NCBI GenBank assembly: GCA_011682695.1
Contig: JAACED010000003.1
Location: 37-64,036 of the forward strand
Length of the DNA: 64,000 nucleotides
Direction: 5' to 3'
Origin: Gammaproteobacteria bacterium
Lineage (GTDB): Bacteria; Actinomycetota; Acidimicrobiia; Spongiisociales; UBA4744
This document shows, piece by piece, positions 9,103 through 19,090 of this stretch (the stretch's first letter is position 1; every line of letters starts with the position of its first letter). Below the pieces are notes generated by a model that had not been told where the DNA came from, ran no database searches, and saw nothing but the letters and a program-made list of their open reading frames with translations. The translations under genes and the position numbers were made by a program.

Positions 9103-10545
9103 ATGACCGTGACGCGAACCAGCCAGTACGACACGAGAGAGCTTTCGACCTTTGCCGCGCTTCTCCTGGCCATGATCGCCGTGTGGGCAACCGCCACCGT
9201 GGTGGGCTTGTGGTCACACGTGGGCGGCGCCCTGGTCGCGATCGGTGCCGCGTCGATCGCCGCCGGCGTTCTTCACCGCCGAGGCGTGTTTCGTTCCCTC
9301 GCATCCGAGCTGGTGGTCAGAGATGCGGCAACCTGGGCCATTCTCGTCATCGCCGCCTCGCCGCTGGTGCCGGCGCGGCTCGGGCCGACGTACGCGGGGA
9401 TATCGCTCGACGATCTTCCACTCGTGTTCGGCGCGATGCTTGCGCTGTGGAGCGTGGTGCGCACCGAAGGGTGGCGGAAGGTCGTGCACCCGATCTCCGT
9501 GCCTCTGTGGCTGTTCGCCCTGTGGAACGGTGTAGCAGCGGTTCTCGCCGGACACGTCGACCTCGGCGAGCTGACTCGGGGTGTCGGCCGATGGGGCCTC
9601 GTCGCCCTCGCATTCTCACTGCTGCTCCGTATCGCCGCGCGACCCGGGATGTTCCGACTGATCATCGGATCTTTGGTGGTCGTCGGGCTGTTCGAGGCCT
9701 TGTTCGGACTGTGGGCGTACTTCGTCGACTGGAAAGTCGAATCCGAGATCGTGGCACGCCTCATCGGCCTCGAATTCTGGCGGCCCTACCAGCCACTGTT
9801 CAAGACCACACCCGGCCGGATCGTCGGGACACTCGGAGTTTCCTCCAACTTCTTCGGCGCGCTCATGCTGATCCCGACGCTGATTTCCGGCGGTCTGTTC
9901 GCCGCGGCCAAAGACCGATGGCTTCGCGTGACCTTCGCCCTGTCGACCACAGCCCTGTTCTTCGCTCTCGTGCTGTCCTACACCAGAGCCAGCCAGATTG
10001 CGGTTCTGGCCGGGTTCGCCATCGTGCTCGCGCTGGCGTGGCGTCCCCGCCTCGCCGGTCTGGTGGCCGTGGTGGTGGCGCTGGCCATCGTCCTGACCCC
10101 GGCGGCAAGCCGCTTCACCCAGGAGGGCAACGACCGGCGGGCCCTGGCCGAAAAGGCGATCGATACGGTGAAGAAGGACCCCGTTTCCGGTTTGGGCGCC
10201 GGGGGTTTCGTCGACAAACAGTTCGATCCGGCTCATCCCCTCCTCATCGGGACCCCGCACAATTCGTTCCTTCTCGCTGCGACCGAGACAGGCCTCCCGG
10301 GAGGAATCCTGCTGGTCACCGCCGTCGGGCTGCCCGGAGCCATCGCAGCCTGGGGGGCGATACGACGCCGGAAGTCCGACATCCTGCTGGTGGCGATCGT
10401 CGCCGGCCTGGCCGCCTACGGATTCCAGACGATGTCCAACAACCTCTTCCACATTCCGAGCGTTGCAGTCTTCTACTGGCTGGCGGCTTCCGCGGCGGTC
10501 GTCCGAGCCGGCCGACCTCCTAGGACCGCACCAGAATCCTCGTGA
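9103..10545 (+). CDS. O-antigen ligase/polymerase family membrane protein (Wzy_C domain)
   Basis: Polytopic protein with the Wzy_C signature region SYTRASQIAVLAGFAIVLALAW…GLGAGGF…HNSFLLAATETG. Confidence 0.7.
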   Translation: MTVTRTSQYDTRELSTFAALLLAMIAVWATATVVGLWSHVGGALVAIGAASIAAGVLHRRGVFRSLASELVVRDAATWAILVIAASPLVPARLGPTYAGISLDDLPLVFGAMLALWSVVRTEGWRKVVHPISVPLWLFALWNGVAAVLAGHVDLGELTRGVGRWGLVALAFSLLLRIAARPGMFRLIIGSLVVVGLFEALFGLWAYFVDWKVESEIVARLIGLEFWRPYQPLFKTTPGRIVGTLGVSSNFFGALMLIPTLISGGLFAAAKDRWLRVTFALSTTALFFALVLSYTRASQIAVLAGFAIVLALAWRPRLAGLVAVVVALAIVLTPAASRFTQEGNDRRALAEKAIDTVKKDPVSGLGAGGFVDKQFDPAHPLLIGTPHNSFLLAATETGLPGGILLVTAVGLPGAIAAWGAIRRRKSDILLVAIVAGLAAYGFQTMSNNLFHIPSVAVFYWLAASAAVVRAGRPPRTAPESS

Positions 10546-11941
10546 GGGTGCGGAGCTCGGGGGCCAGCATCGCAACGAACAGTGAGAGAACGACTGCGTC
10601 CAACCAGACGGCAGGAGGGAACAGCACTGCCGGGCCAACCACGGCTGCGCCGGCCACGGCGAGCCTCGCCCACAGGCTTCCCCATCTGATCTCGTAGCGA
10701 CGCGACGCCACGATCAGTGGTGCGAGCACCTGCAGCACGCTGCCGACGAAGTAGCCCGCCGCCACGGCCTCGGTCCCAAAGCGAGTGCCGAACACCGCCC
10801 AGATGATCCCGGCCGTCGTGAATCCGACGATGCTCGACCACATCGGGATCGCGGCGTCCTTGACCCTGATCGCGGCCAGCGACGTCACGGCAGGGGCGCC
10901 GACCACGCTGACGAAGAACGCGGCAGCGAACCAGGCGAGCGTCACTCCGCCGACGATCCGGTCGGAGAACACGACCTGGAGAATGCGGTCCTGCTCGAGT
11001 ATCAGCAACGCACAGAACGGCCCGGCGACGAGCGCCACGATTCCGGTGGCCGCTTCGACGAGCCGCGTGGATTTCGTCGTCTCCGCCGCCTTCTCGAAAG
11101 ACAGACGGGGGAGCAGTGCCAAGCCGATCGCGCGCGGCGCCAGATAGAGAGGTTCCAGTACCGCCAAGGAGGCACCGACGAGAGCCGTCCCCGGCACTCC
11201 GGCCAGGAAACTGGCGACCAGAGGGGTCGCTCTGGTGAAGCCGACGCCGGAGAGAGCCCCGACCGACCCGACGCCTCCGTAGCCGAAGAGAGAGCGTATC
11301 GGAAGGCGGTCCCTCTCAACGATCGGGTCGTGCAGACGGGTGGCGGCGAACCAGCCCACAGGCACGTATGCGACCGCGAGTGGCAGCACCACCGCCCAGG
11401 AAGCATCGGTGAAGATGACGAGAAGAGCGGCGGCGATGAACAGCCCTCCACCGATCATCTCGGCCTGAACGTAGCGTCCGATGCGCTCCTCGCCGTACAG
11501 GATCGACTTGCCTGTCTGATACACGCCGAAGGTCAACGTGAGGAGGGCGACGCCAACTGCGAGCCGAATCCCGCCGGCCGATAGGGAAGGATCGAAGAAG
11601 GCATACGCGAACCCGCCGGCAGCTCCGAGGACCGTCAGGCCCAGGGCGATACGCGCCGACAGTGCGGCGAAACTCGATGCGTCCTGCGGTCGCGATCCTC
11701 TCAGCTCGCTGATCAGTTTTGTGATGCCGGCCGAGAGTCCGGTCGGCCCTATGACGGTTGCCAGCGTCGCCACAGAGATCGACACCGTCACCCATGCGAG
11801 TGCCTCGACGCCGAAGAGAGCGTTGGCTCCAACCTGCTCTACAAAGCGGACCAGACCGATGATGACCAGCCCGGCGACGCTCAGCGCAGCGTTACGAGCT
11901 ACCTGCCTCGTGCTGCCGTCATGACCGGGATCGACGCTCAA
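10520..11941 (-). CDS. Polysaccharide flippase (Wzx / polysaccharide-biosynthesis-protein family)
   Basis: About 12 TM helices. N-terminus …ARNAALSVAGLVIIGLVRFV matches the Wzx N-terminal consensus. The track ORF extends upstream to 12160. A TTG at 11941 overlapping the upstream TGA by 4 bp was chosen as start, which is tentative. Confidence 0.65.
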   Translation of the reverse strand: MSVDPGHDGSTRQVARNAALSVAGLVIIGLVRFVEQVGANALFGVEALAWVTVSISVATLATVIGPTGLSAGITKLISELRGSRPQDASSFAALSARIALGLTVLGAAGGFAYAFFDPSLSAGGIRLAVGVALLTLTFGVYQTGKSILYGEERIGRYVQAEMIGGGLFIAAALLVIFTDASWAVVLPLAVAYVPVGWFAATRLHDPIVERDRLPIRSLFGYGGVGSVGALSGVGFTRATPLVASFLAGVPGTALVGASLAVLEPLYLAPRAIGLALLPRLSFEKAAETTKSTRLVEAATGIVALVAGPFCALLILEQDRILQVVFSDRIVGGVTLAWFAAAFFVSVVGAPAVTSLAAIRVKDAAIPMWSSIVGFTTAGIIWAVFGTRFGTEAVAAGYFVGSVLQVLAPLIVASRRYEIRWGSLWARLAVAGAAVVGPAVLFPPAVWLDAVVLSLFVAMLAPELRTLTRILVRS

Positions 11942-13257
11942 CGTCTGTTCCCCAGTGCGGAGCCGAACCAGACGAACACGGTCGCAGTGAGCGAAAGGTC
12001 CACAATCCCCGGACTTCCGAGTGTGACCACGGCCAACACGGCAAGAAGGGCGACCGACACGAGAGATCGCCGGGACATTGCACGAACGACGAGCGAGATC
12101 AGCAGCGCGCCGACCAGCAGGAGGCCGCCTGCACCCAGTTCGGTTCCGATCTGCAACCACCCGATATCGAGTTGCGCTATTCCGACGTCGATCTGCCTCG
12201 TGTCGCCACTCGAGCGCAGCCGTTCCACGAACTCGGGAGAACGTACGTCGGGGAGGCCGTACTGTTCATGCAGCGGCGAGTGGGTACGCCAGGCCGTCGT
12301 GCTACCGAAACGTCCGGGACCGGCACCGAATACCGGATGGTCTTTCCATACGGCAGAGCTCGCCTTGAGGTTGGCGACGCGAACGTCGGTGATGTCGTCC
12401 GCATGCGTGAGTTGCGAGGTGACGGCTTGGTTCCGGGAGGCAAGATCCTGTCTTGCCGCGGGTACGGCCACTTGAACGATCGCGAACGCCGACAGTGCCG
12501 CCAGCGCACCGACCCACAGCAGTCGTGATCCCTTCCACTTGCGCACCACGAGCGAAAGAAGCCCCATCACGACGGTGGCCGCGATGGCGAGCCTGCTGCC
12601 GCTCGTTCCGACGGCGGCGCCCGCCAAGACTGCCAAGATGATTCCGTACCGGGATGTCAGCGGAGCAAGGGCGATGCCGATGGCACCCACTTGTCCGAGG
12701 CGGCCGGGATTGGCGACCAGACCTGTCGCTCGTCCCCGTTCCCACCAGAGCGGATAGTCCAGATTCTGTCCCAGGGAACGGTATACCGGCGCACCTCCGA
12801 TGAGCTCGGCGACTGCCAGCACGCCCATGAGCGCCGCAGTGCCGGTCGCGACCGTACCGGCCCGCCGCAGGTCCCTGGGTGACGGGAACAGAGCGAGCGA
12901 TCCGACTGCGAGCGCCGCGAGGCCCAGATAGGGCACCGAACCTCGAAGCGCCACTTCCAGAGGTACTGCGTTCACCAGCGCCGAAACCGCCACGAACACG
13001 GCGAGCAGCAGTCCCAAGACGACTTCGCGTCTGAACCTCTTCACGTCCTCGAGACGACTCGCCGCCACAGCACCGACTCCGACGAGGATGAGAGCGTTGA
13101 ACATCTGTCGTGTCGGAAGTTGCCACTTGACGGCAAGCCACTGCGACACCACGAAGAGTGGAAGCACCCCGAAAAGGAGAATGCGTTCCAGTCGCGCCGG
13201 TACGGTTACAGCCCGCGTGAGCCTTGCGGGATCTGGCGGTCGAGATTCCATGTGCAC
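11938..13257 (-). CDS. Second O-antigen ligase/polymerase family (Wzy_C) membrane protein
   Basis: 439 aa, polytopic. Wzy_C-like block …GTSGSRLAIAATVVMGLLSLVV…. Confidence 0.7.
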   Translation of the reverse strand: MHMESRPPDPARLTRAVTVPARLERILLFGVLPLFVVSQWLAVKWQLPTRQMFNALILVGVGAVAASRLEDVKRFRREVVLGLLLAVFVAVSALVNAVPLEVALRGSVPYLGLAALAVGSLALFPSPRDLRRAGTVATGTAALMGVLAVAELIGGAPVYRSLGQNLDYPLWWERGRATGLVANPGRLGQVGAIGIALAPLTSRYGIILAVLAGAAVGTSGSRLAIAATVVMGLLSLVVRKWKGSRLLWVGALAALSAFAIVQVAVPAARQDLASRNQAVTSQLTHADDITDVRVANLKASSAVWKDHPVFGAGPGRFGSTTAWRTHSPLHEQYGLPDVRSPEFVERLRSSGDTRQIDVGIAQLDIGWLQIGTELGAGGLLLVGALLISLVVRAMSRRSLVSVALLAVLAVVTLGSPGIVDLSLTATVFVWFGSALGNRR

Positions 13258-13318
13258 TCCTTGAAACCCTAGACTGCCTTGCCACGCCGCAGGTCATCAG
13301 AAGACGAGGAGCGCAGTA

Positions 13319-13888
13319 GTGACCGGTGTAGATCCCAAGGCTCATGTCTCCCCGAACGCGCAGCTCGGCGCCGACGTGACCATCTGGGCGTTCACACAGG
13401 TGCGAGAGGATGCCGTCATCGGTGATCGCACATCGGTGGGAAGTCACACATGCATCGACCCGGCGGTGACCATCGGAGCGGACTGCAAGATCCAGTCGGG
13501 TGTGCTGCTGTTCGAGGGAACACAACTCGCCGACGGGGTGTTCGTCGGTCCTGGAGCCATCGTCACCAACGACAGAATTCCCCGTGCCGTCAACCCAGAC
13601 GGGTCACGGAAGCAGGAGGCCGACTGGGACGTGACACGTACGAACGTTGGGCGTGGAGCATCGCTTGGTGCAGGGTCGATTCTGGTTGCCGGGGTGTCGG
13701 TGGGCGACTGGGCCCTGATTGCCGCCGGAGCCGTCGTCACCCGGGACGTTCCCGCCCACGCCCTGGTGGCCGGTGTGCCGGCTCGTCAGATTGGATGGGT
13801 GTGCTCCTGCGGAACTCGGATCAACATCGAAGATGGGCGAGGAGAGTGTCCTCAATGTCAGACGGTCCTGGAACTTTCATCCCGATAG
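13319..13888 (+). CDS. Left-handed beta-helix (hexapeptide) sugar N-acetyltransferase, WbpD/PglD-like, with a C-terminal CxxC…CxxC zinc ribbon
   Basis: Hexapeptide repeats (IGDRTSVGSHTCIDPAVTIGADCKIQSGVLL…). C-terminus CSCGTRINIEDGRGECPQC. SD gaggag lies before the GTG start. Confidence 0.8.
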   Translation: MTGVDPKAHVSPNAQLGADVTIWAFTQVREDAVIGDRTSVGSHTCIDPAVTIGADCKIQSGVLLFEGTQLADGVFVGPGAIVTNDRIPRAVNPDGSRKQEADWDVTRTNVGRGASLGAGSILVAGVSVGDWALIAAGAVVTRDVPAHALVAGVPARQIGWVCSCGTRINIEDGRGECPQCQTVLELSSR

Positions 13889-14952
13889 CCGCTCCGGACA
13901 TCGGTTCTGAAGAGGAAGCCGCGGTCCTTCGGGTGCTACGAAGCGGAAGGCTTGCTCAGGGGCCGGAAGTGCGAGCCCTCGAGGAAGCGTTCGCTCTGGT
14001 GTCCGGTGCCCGGTACGCCGTCGCGGTTGCGAACGGCACCGCGGCGCTGCACGCTGCCTTGCAGGCACTCGGCATCGGCCCGGGTGACGAGGTCCTCGTG
14101 CCGGCGTTCACGTTCGCTGCCACCGCCAACGCCGTGCTGGCCACAGGTGCCGTGCCGATCTTCATCGATATCGACGCCGACTTCCTGATGGATCTGTCCG
14201 ACGCGGCTGCGAAAATCACACCGAACACTGCTGCGATGATGCCGGTCCACCTCTATGGGCTGATGGCCGACATGCACGCGGTGCATACCTTCGCGTCGCT
14301 CCATGGATTGGCAATCGTGGAGGATGCCGCGCAAGCGCATCTGGCTCGCCGTGCCGGAGTCACTCCCGGCCAAATGGGGGTTGCTGCCTACTCGCTGTAC
14401 GCGACGAAGAATATGATGAGCGGTGAAGGGGGGCTTGTGACCACCAGCAGCTCCGAGATCGCCGAGAGAGTCAGACTCTTCCGCAACCACGGCATGTCCG
14501 ATCGCTACCACCACGAAACCTGGGGCATGAACTTGCGTATGACCGATCTCCAGGCGGCGATGGGGAGGGTTCAGCTCGACAAGCTGCCGGAGGCGACGAG
14601 GCGCAGGATCGAGAATGCCGCGGCATTGACCGACGGCCTTCCCTCGCTGTTCACCACGCCGCGCGTGCCGGCGGATGCCTACCACGTGTTCCACCAGTTC
14701 ACGGTTCGCGTTCCCGCTCCCTACCGGGATCGCGTGGTCGAAGAGTTCAAGCGCAGACAGATCGGCGTTGACATCTACTATCCGTTGCCCCTGACCCGGC
14801 AACCGTCCCTGAAGAAGTGGTCTTCGGAATGTCCGTCGGCGGACGCTGCATCCGGCGAGGTCATCAGCCTGCCGGTTCATCCGAAGGTCGACGCGGAGTC
14901 TCTGGATCGGGTGATCGAGGCCGCAATAGCGATATCGGCGGAGATGTCGTGA
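13855..14952 (+). CDS. DegT/DnrJ/EryC1/StrS-family PLP-dependent sugar aminotransferase (WbpE/PglE-like)
   Basis: ATG at 13855. N-terminus MSDGPGTFIPIAAPDIGSEEEAAVLRVLRSGRLAQGPEVRALEEAFA is typical of the family. It overlaps the acetyltransferase 3' end by 34 bp in another frame. Confidence 0.85.
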   Translation: MSDGPGTFIPIAAPDIGSEEEAAVLRVLRSGRLAQGPEVRALEEAFALVSGARYAVAVANGTAALHAALQALGIGPGDEVLVPAFTFAATANAVLATGAVPIFIDIDADFLMDLSDAAAKITPNTAAMMPVHLYGLMADMHAVHTFASLHGLAIVEDAAQAHLARRAGVTPGQMGVAAYSLYATKNMMSGEGGLVTTSSSEIAERVRLFRNHGMSDRYHHETWGMNLRMTDLQAAMGRVQLDKLPEATRRRIENAAALTDGLPSLFTTPRVPADAYHVFHQFTVRVPAPYRDRVVEEFKRRQIGVDIYYPLPLTRQPSLKKWSSECPSADAASGEVISLPVHPKVDAESLDRVIEAAIAISAEMS

Positions 14953-16184
14953 ACCTGGCGGTCATTGGCCTCGGAAAGATGGGTCTGCCGGTCGCGGCGT
15001 ACTACGCGCATCGGGGAGCATCGGTCGTCGGTATCGATATCGATCCGCGCAGGGTGGACTTGGTCAATCAGGGGTCGAATCCGATCGGCGGGGAACCGGG
15101 GGTCGACGATCACCTGGCAGCTCTGGTGACGGCGGGCGCGGTACGTGCAGACACCTCGTACGCAGCGGTGTCCGGCGCACGCGTGGTCATCGTGCTGGTA
15201 CCCCTGATCACCCGCAACGGGAAACCCGACTTCTCCAGCCTGGATGCAGCGGTGGAAGGGATTGCTCCCCATCTTCGACCGGAGACCACCGTCATTTTCG
15301 AGACAACGCTGCCGATCGGAACGACGCGGAACCGGTACTTGCCCCTGCTGCGTGAAAAGGCGCCGGATGTCCTGGTCGTGTTCAGTCCGGAGCGAGTCTC
15401 ATCGGGCCGCGTGTGGCAGGATCTCGACACGTATCCCAAGATCGTCGGTGGTGTCGACGCGGATTCGACAGCCGCGGCAGCGCTCTTCTATCGGACCTAC
15501 CTGCCTGCCGAGGTTCGGGTCGTCGGGTCGAGCGAGACGGCCGAGATGACCAAGCTCGCCGAGACGACCTATCGGGATCTCAACATCGCGTTCGCCAATG
15601 AACTTGCACGTTTCTCGTCGGAGTGGGATATCGACGTCATCGAGGTCATCGAATCCGCCAACTCGCAGCCGTTTTCGCACATCCACTATCCGGGTGTGGG
15701 AGTCGGAGGCCACTGCATCCCCCATTACCCCTATCTGCTGCAGGAATCGACCTCGGGTTCCGACCTGGTTGCAGCCGCCCGCAAAGTCAACGAATCGATG
15801 CCCGACCTGGTGGCAGGCCTGGTGGAGAACGGCCTGGGAAGCCTCGAGGGCAAGACGGTCGTCCTGCTCGGTGTTGCCTACCGTCCCGGTGTCCCCGAGA
15901 CGACCAGCTCGCCGGCCTACCCGCTGGCCGCAGCGTTGGAGCGCCTGGGGAGTCGCGTGCTGGCGGACGACCCGCTGTTCGAAGCGGACCAGTTGCGTTC
16001 TCTCGGCTTCACACCGTGGCAAGGCGAGCGGGCCGACGCGTTTATCGTCGTCACCGGCCACAGCGCATACCGCGCGTTCGGTTGGAGTGAGTATGATCAG
16101 GCGGTCGTTGTCGACGGTCGAAACGCACTGGAGCGCTCTATCGTTGAAGACGCCGGGCACCGCTACGTAGCACTTGGAAGGTGA
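14949..16184 (+). CDS. UDP-N-acetyl-hexosamine 6-dehydrogenase of the UDP-glucose/GDP-mannose dehydrogenase family (WbpA/WecC-like)
   Basis: GTG 14949 overlaps the upstream TGA (GTGA). Rossmann motif VNLAVIGLGKMGLPVAAYYA. The family catalytic region is around GVGVGGHCIPHYPYLL. Confidence 0.85.
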   Translation: MNLAVIGLGKMGLPVAAYYAHRGASVVGIDIDPRRVDLVNQGSNPIGGEPGVDDHLAALVTAGAVRADTSYAAVSGARVVIVLVPLITRNGKPDFSSLDAAVEGIAPHLRPETTVIFETTLPIGTTRNRYLPLLREKAPDVLVVFSPERVSSGRVWQDLDTYPKIVGGVDADSTAAAALFYRTYLPAEVRVVGSSETAEMTKLAETTYRDLNIAFANELARFSSEWDIDVIEVIESANSQPFSHIHYPGVGVGGHCIPHYPYLLQESTSGSDLVAAARKVNESMPDLVAGLVENGLGSLEGKTVVLLGVAYRPGVPETTSSPAYPLAAALERLGSRVLADDPLFEADQLRSLGFTPWQGERADAFIVVTGHSAYRAFGWSEYDQAVVVDGRNALERSIVEDAGHRYVALGR

Positions 16185-17254
16185 GTCCCGTCATGTCACC
16201 CATACTGCTTCCCGATTCCTTGGAACAACCACCTGTCAGGGTTGGCGTGATCGGGCTCGGCAACATGGGTCGCAACCACGTTCGGGTTCTGTCCGAGCTG
16301 CCTCAAGTCGAACTCGTGGCAGTCGCCGATCCCTCCGACGGCGCACTCGAGGTCATGCGACGTTCGAGGCGTGCCCGCACCTACCTCGACTACTTGGACA
16401 TGTTCGACCGCGAAGACCTCGAGGCGGTCGTGGTCGCCGTACCGACGTCTGCTCACGAGGAGGTCGTGCAGGCGGCTCTCTCCCGCAACCTCCACTTCCT
16501 CGTCGAGAAGCCGTTGGCTCCCACCGTGGAAGCAGCCCGGCGCATCGTGGATGCAGCCGACGGAAGAGGACTCGTGGGCACGGTCGGTCACATCGAACGG
16601 TACAACCCTGCGCTCGCTGCGCTCCGACGCGGGGTCGTCGCCGGTGAGATCGGGCGCGTATTTCAGCTTCGCGCAGTCCGAACGGGCCCCCTGCCGGACC
16701 GGATTCGCGATGTCGGAGTGATCGTCGACCTTGCGACGCACGAGCTCGATGTCATCCGCTACCTCGTCGGCAAGCCGATCGACCGCCTATTCGCCGAGAC
16801 GGCAAGGCGCATGCACTCGGATCATGAGGACCTCTCGGTGACCCTGATGCGTTTCGCCGACGGCACGATCGCCCTGCTCGACGTCAACTGGCTCACACCG
16901 GTGAAGGTGCGCGAACTCACCGTGATCGGCGAGGGCGGCATGTACCGACTCGACTATGTCGCACAAGATCTCTACTTCTATGAGAACAGTTATGTCGGCT
17001 ACTGGGCGGAGTTCGGTGGCCGCAACGGCGTCAGCGAAGGCAACATGGTCAAGTACCGCATCGATCGCGCGGAGCCGCTCAGAGTGGAGCTCGAGGCCTT
17101 CGTGCGCGCCATCAGGGGAGAGGAGGGCGTCGTGGTCCCCCTTGCCGACGGCTTGGCTGCAGTGACTCTTGCGGAAGCCGTGCGCGAGTCGGCGAGGCTT
17201 CAGCGTGCGGTTCGAGACATCGATGTAGCCACAGCGGCCACGATTCTCGACTGA
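16181..17254 (+). CDS. Gfo/Idh/MocA-family NAD-dependent oxidoreductase (WbpB-like UDP-GlcNAcA 3-dehydrogenase candidate)
   Basis: ATGA overlap with the upstream gene. Motif VRVGVIGLGNMGRNHVRVL. Confidence 0.8.
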   Translation: MSPVMSPILLPDSLEQPPVRVGVIGLGNMGRNHVRVLSELPQVELVAVADPSDGALEVMRRSRRARTYLDYLDMFDREDLEAVVVAVPTSAHEEVVQAALSRNLHFLVEKPLAPTVEAARRIVDAADGRGLVGTVGHIERYNPALAALRRGVVAGEIGRVFQLRAVRTGPLPDRIRDVGVIVDLATHELDVIRYLVGKPIDRLFAETARRMHSDHEDLSVTLMRFADGTIALLDVNWLTPVKVRELTVIGEGGMYRLDYVAQDLYFYENSYVGYWAEFGGRNGVSEGNMVKYRIDRAEPLRVELEAFVRAIRGEEGVVVPLADGLAAVTLAEAVRESARLQRAVRDIDVATAATILD

Positions 17255-17258
17255 AGTC

Positions 17259-17918
17259 ATGGCGTTGCAGAGCAGAGACTCACGGGGGCACCGATACGAG
17301 CTGCTCAAGCGCCTCATGGATATCGTGGGGTCGGCGCTGCTTCTCGTGGTGACTTCCCCTGTCTTTCTGGTGGTCGCCGCAGCCATCAAGCTGGACAGCC
17401 CCGGTCCTGTGTTCTTCAAACAGACTCGTGTGGGCAGAGGGGGAGCGGAGTTCACGATGGTCAAGTTCCGCTCCATGGTTCACGACAATGACGAGAGCGT
17501 TCATCGTGAGTACTACCGGCGGTTCGTGGAGGGCAGAGCCGAGTCCCGAAGAAACGAAGAAGGAGACGAGGTATTCCTCCTCGATGATGCGCGCGTGACC
17601 CGTGTGGGACGGATACTGCGGCGCACCTCCCTCGATGAACTCCCGAACCTGCTCAACGTGCTGCGCGGTGAGATGTCGCTTGTTGGTCCCAGGCCGCCGA
17701 TCTCCTACGAAGTCGAGTTCTACGATGAACACGCTCTGCGCAAGCTGTTGGTGAAGCCAGGCATGACCGGACTGGCCCAAGTCAGCGGACGTGGGGCGCT
17801 GACGTTCGATGAGGTGATCGGCTACGACCTCGACTACATCGATCGCCGGTCACTCCGCATGGACGTGGGCATCCTGCTGCGAACGATCCCGGCCGTTGCC
17901 AGACGCCGGGGCGTCTGA
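17259..17918 (+). CDS. Small bacterial sugar transferase / polyprenol-phosphate phosphoglycosyltransferase (PglC/WbaP C-terminal-domain type initiating enzyme)
   Basis: 219 aa. Single N-terminal TM helix (LKRLMDIVGSALLLVVTSPVFLVVAAAI) followed by …KLDSPGPVFFKQTRVGRGG…FTMVKFRSM…, the PF02397 signature. Confidence 0.85.
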   Translation: MALQSRDSRGHRYELLKRLMDIVGSALLLVVTSPVFLVVAAAIKLDSPGPVFFKQTRVGRGGAEFTMVKFRSMVHDNDESVHREYYRRFVEGRAESRRNEEGDEVFLLDDARVTRVGRILRRTSLDELPNLLNVLRGEMSLVGPRPPISYEVEFYDEHALRKLLVKPGMTGLAQVSGRGALTFDEVIGYDLDYIDRRSLRMDVGILLRTIPAVARRRGV

Positions 17919-17923
17919 TTGTC

Positions 17924-19090
17924 ATGACTCGTGTTCTTACCATTTCCCAATCCCACCTTGCGCGTGATCCTCGGGTGCGACGTACGGTTCGGGTGATGCT
18001 CCGGGAGGGATGGGACGTTGAGGGCCTCTTCCTCGACGATCCGGTGAGCGAAGGCCACTTGCGCACCTGGCGGTTTCCGATCGACCGGAAACGGGGCGGC
18101 GCATTGCGGTATGTCTTCGAGTACACCTCGTTCTTCGTCTGGAGCTTCGTCTGGCTCAGCCTTCGAACTCTCGTGCGCAGGCCTGCGCTGGTCTATGTGA
18201 ACTCACCCCCGGACTTCTTCGTGTTCGCTGCGATCGTGCCGAAGCTGCTCGGCGTCCCGGTCGTTCTGGATATCCATGACCCGATGCCGGAACTCTTCGT
18301 CTCCAAGGAGCGGACCTCGAGAGCGGTCATCCGGTTGCTGGAGACACAAGAACGCTGGTCGCTCCGTTTTGCGGATCGGGTCATTACGGTCCATGAGCCG
18401 CTGAGGGAACTCCTCTCGTCCCGGACGCACCGTGTCCCCATCGACGTTGTCATGAACGTTCCCGACCTTGAAGGCTGGGAGCCGGCCAGTGAGCGGCCGG
18501 CCGGCAGAGTCATGGTGTTCACGGGAAGCGTTGCGGTGCGGTATGGGATCGACGACGTCATTCGAGCCTTGGCGGAGGTTCGAGACGCGATACCGGGAAT
18601 CCGTTTCCGGATCGTCGGAGAGGGTGAGGATGAGAAACGGCTCGCCGACTTGGCCGCCGAACTGGGCGTTGCCGATCAGATCGAGTTCCTCGGAAGGGTG
18701 GCGTACCGGGACATTCCTTCCGTGCTGGCCGATGCCTGGGTGGGTGTCAACGTGCCGAAGCCGGACGCTCTCGGAGGCCTGTCGTTTTCGAACAAGATCG
18801 TGGAGTGGGTGCTGCTTGGCATTCCGGTGATCGCGGGGAGGTCATCGACATTGCTCAGGTATTTCCCCGAGGGGACTCTGATCTACGTTCAGCCGGGCGA
18901 TCCCGGCGAGATCGCGGCGGCGCTGGTGCGTCTCGATGCCGCGTCGACGGCCGACATCGAGAAACGGGGGGAAGCGTCACGTGCAGCGGTCGAGGCGATC
19001 TCCTGGCCGGTGCAACGCGAGCAGCTGCTCGGAGTGTTGACCGGAGTCATGGATGCGGCAAAGGGTCCAGATCGGATGTCAGGGCACTGA
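17924..19090 (+). CDS. Glycosyltransferase family 4
   Basis: GT-B fold. C-terminal region …IVEWVLLGIPVIAG…. Its 3' end overlaps the convergent amidase gene by 44 bp. Confidence 0.75.
   Translation: MTRVLTISQSHLARDPRVRRTVRVMLREGWDVEGLFLDDPVSEGHLRTWRFPIDRKRGGALRYVFEYTSFFVWSFVWLSLRTLVRRPALVYVNSPPDFFVFAAIVPKLLGVPVVLDIHDPMPELFVSKERTSRAVIRLLETQERWSLRFADRVITVHEPLRELLSSRTHRVPIDVVMNVPDLEGWEPASERPAGRVMVFTGSVAVRYGIDDVIRALAEVRDAIPGIRFRIVGEGEDEKRLADLAAELGVADQIEFLGRVAYRDIPSVLADAWVGVNVPKPDALGGLSFSNKIVEWVLLGIPVIAGRSSTLLRYFPEGTLIYVQPGDPGEIAAALVRLDAASTADIEKRGEASRAAVEAISWPVQREQLLGVLTGVMDAAKGPDRMSGH

Noticed and set aside
19047-19090. 44-bp overlap of the 3' ends of the convergent GT4 and amidase genes as a possible antisense regulatory feature
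   Set aside because: Short convergent 3' overlaps are common in compact GC-rich genomes. There is no extra structure to suggest regulation.
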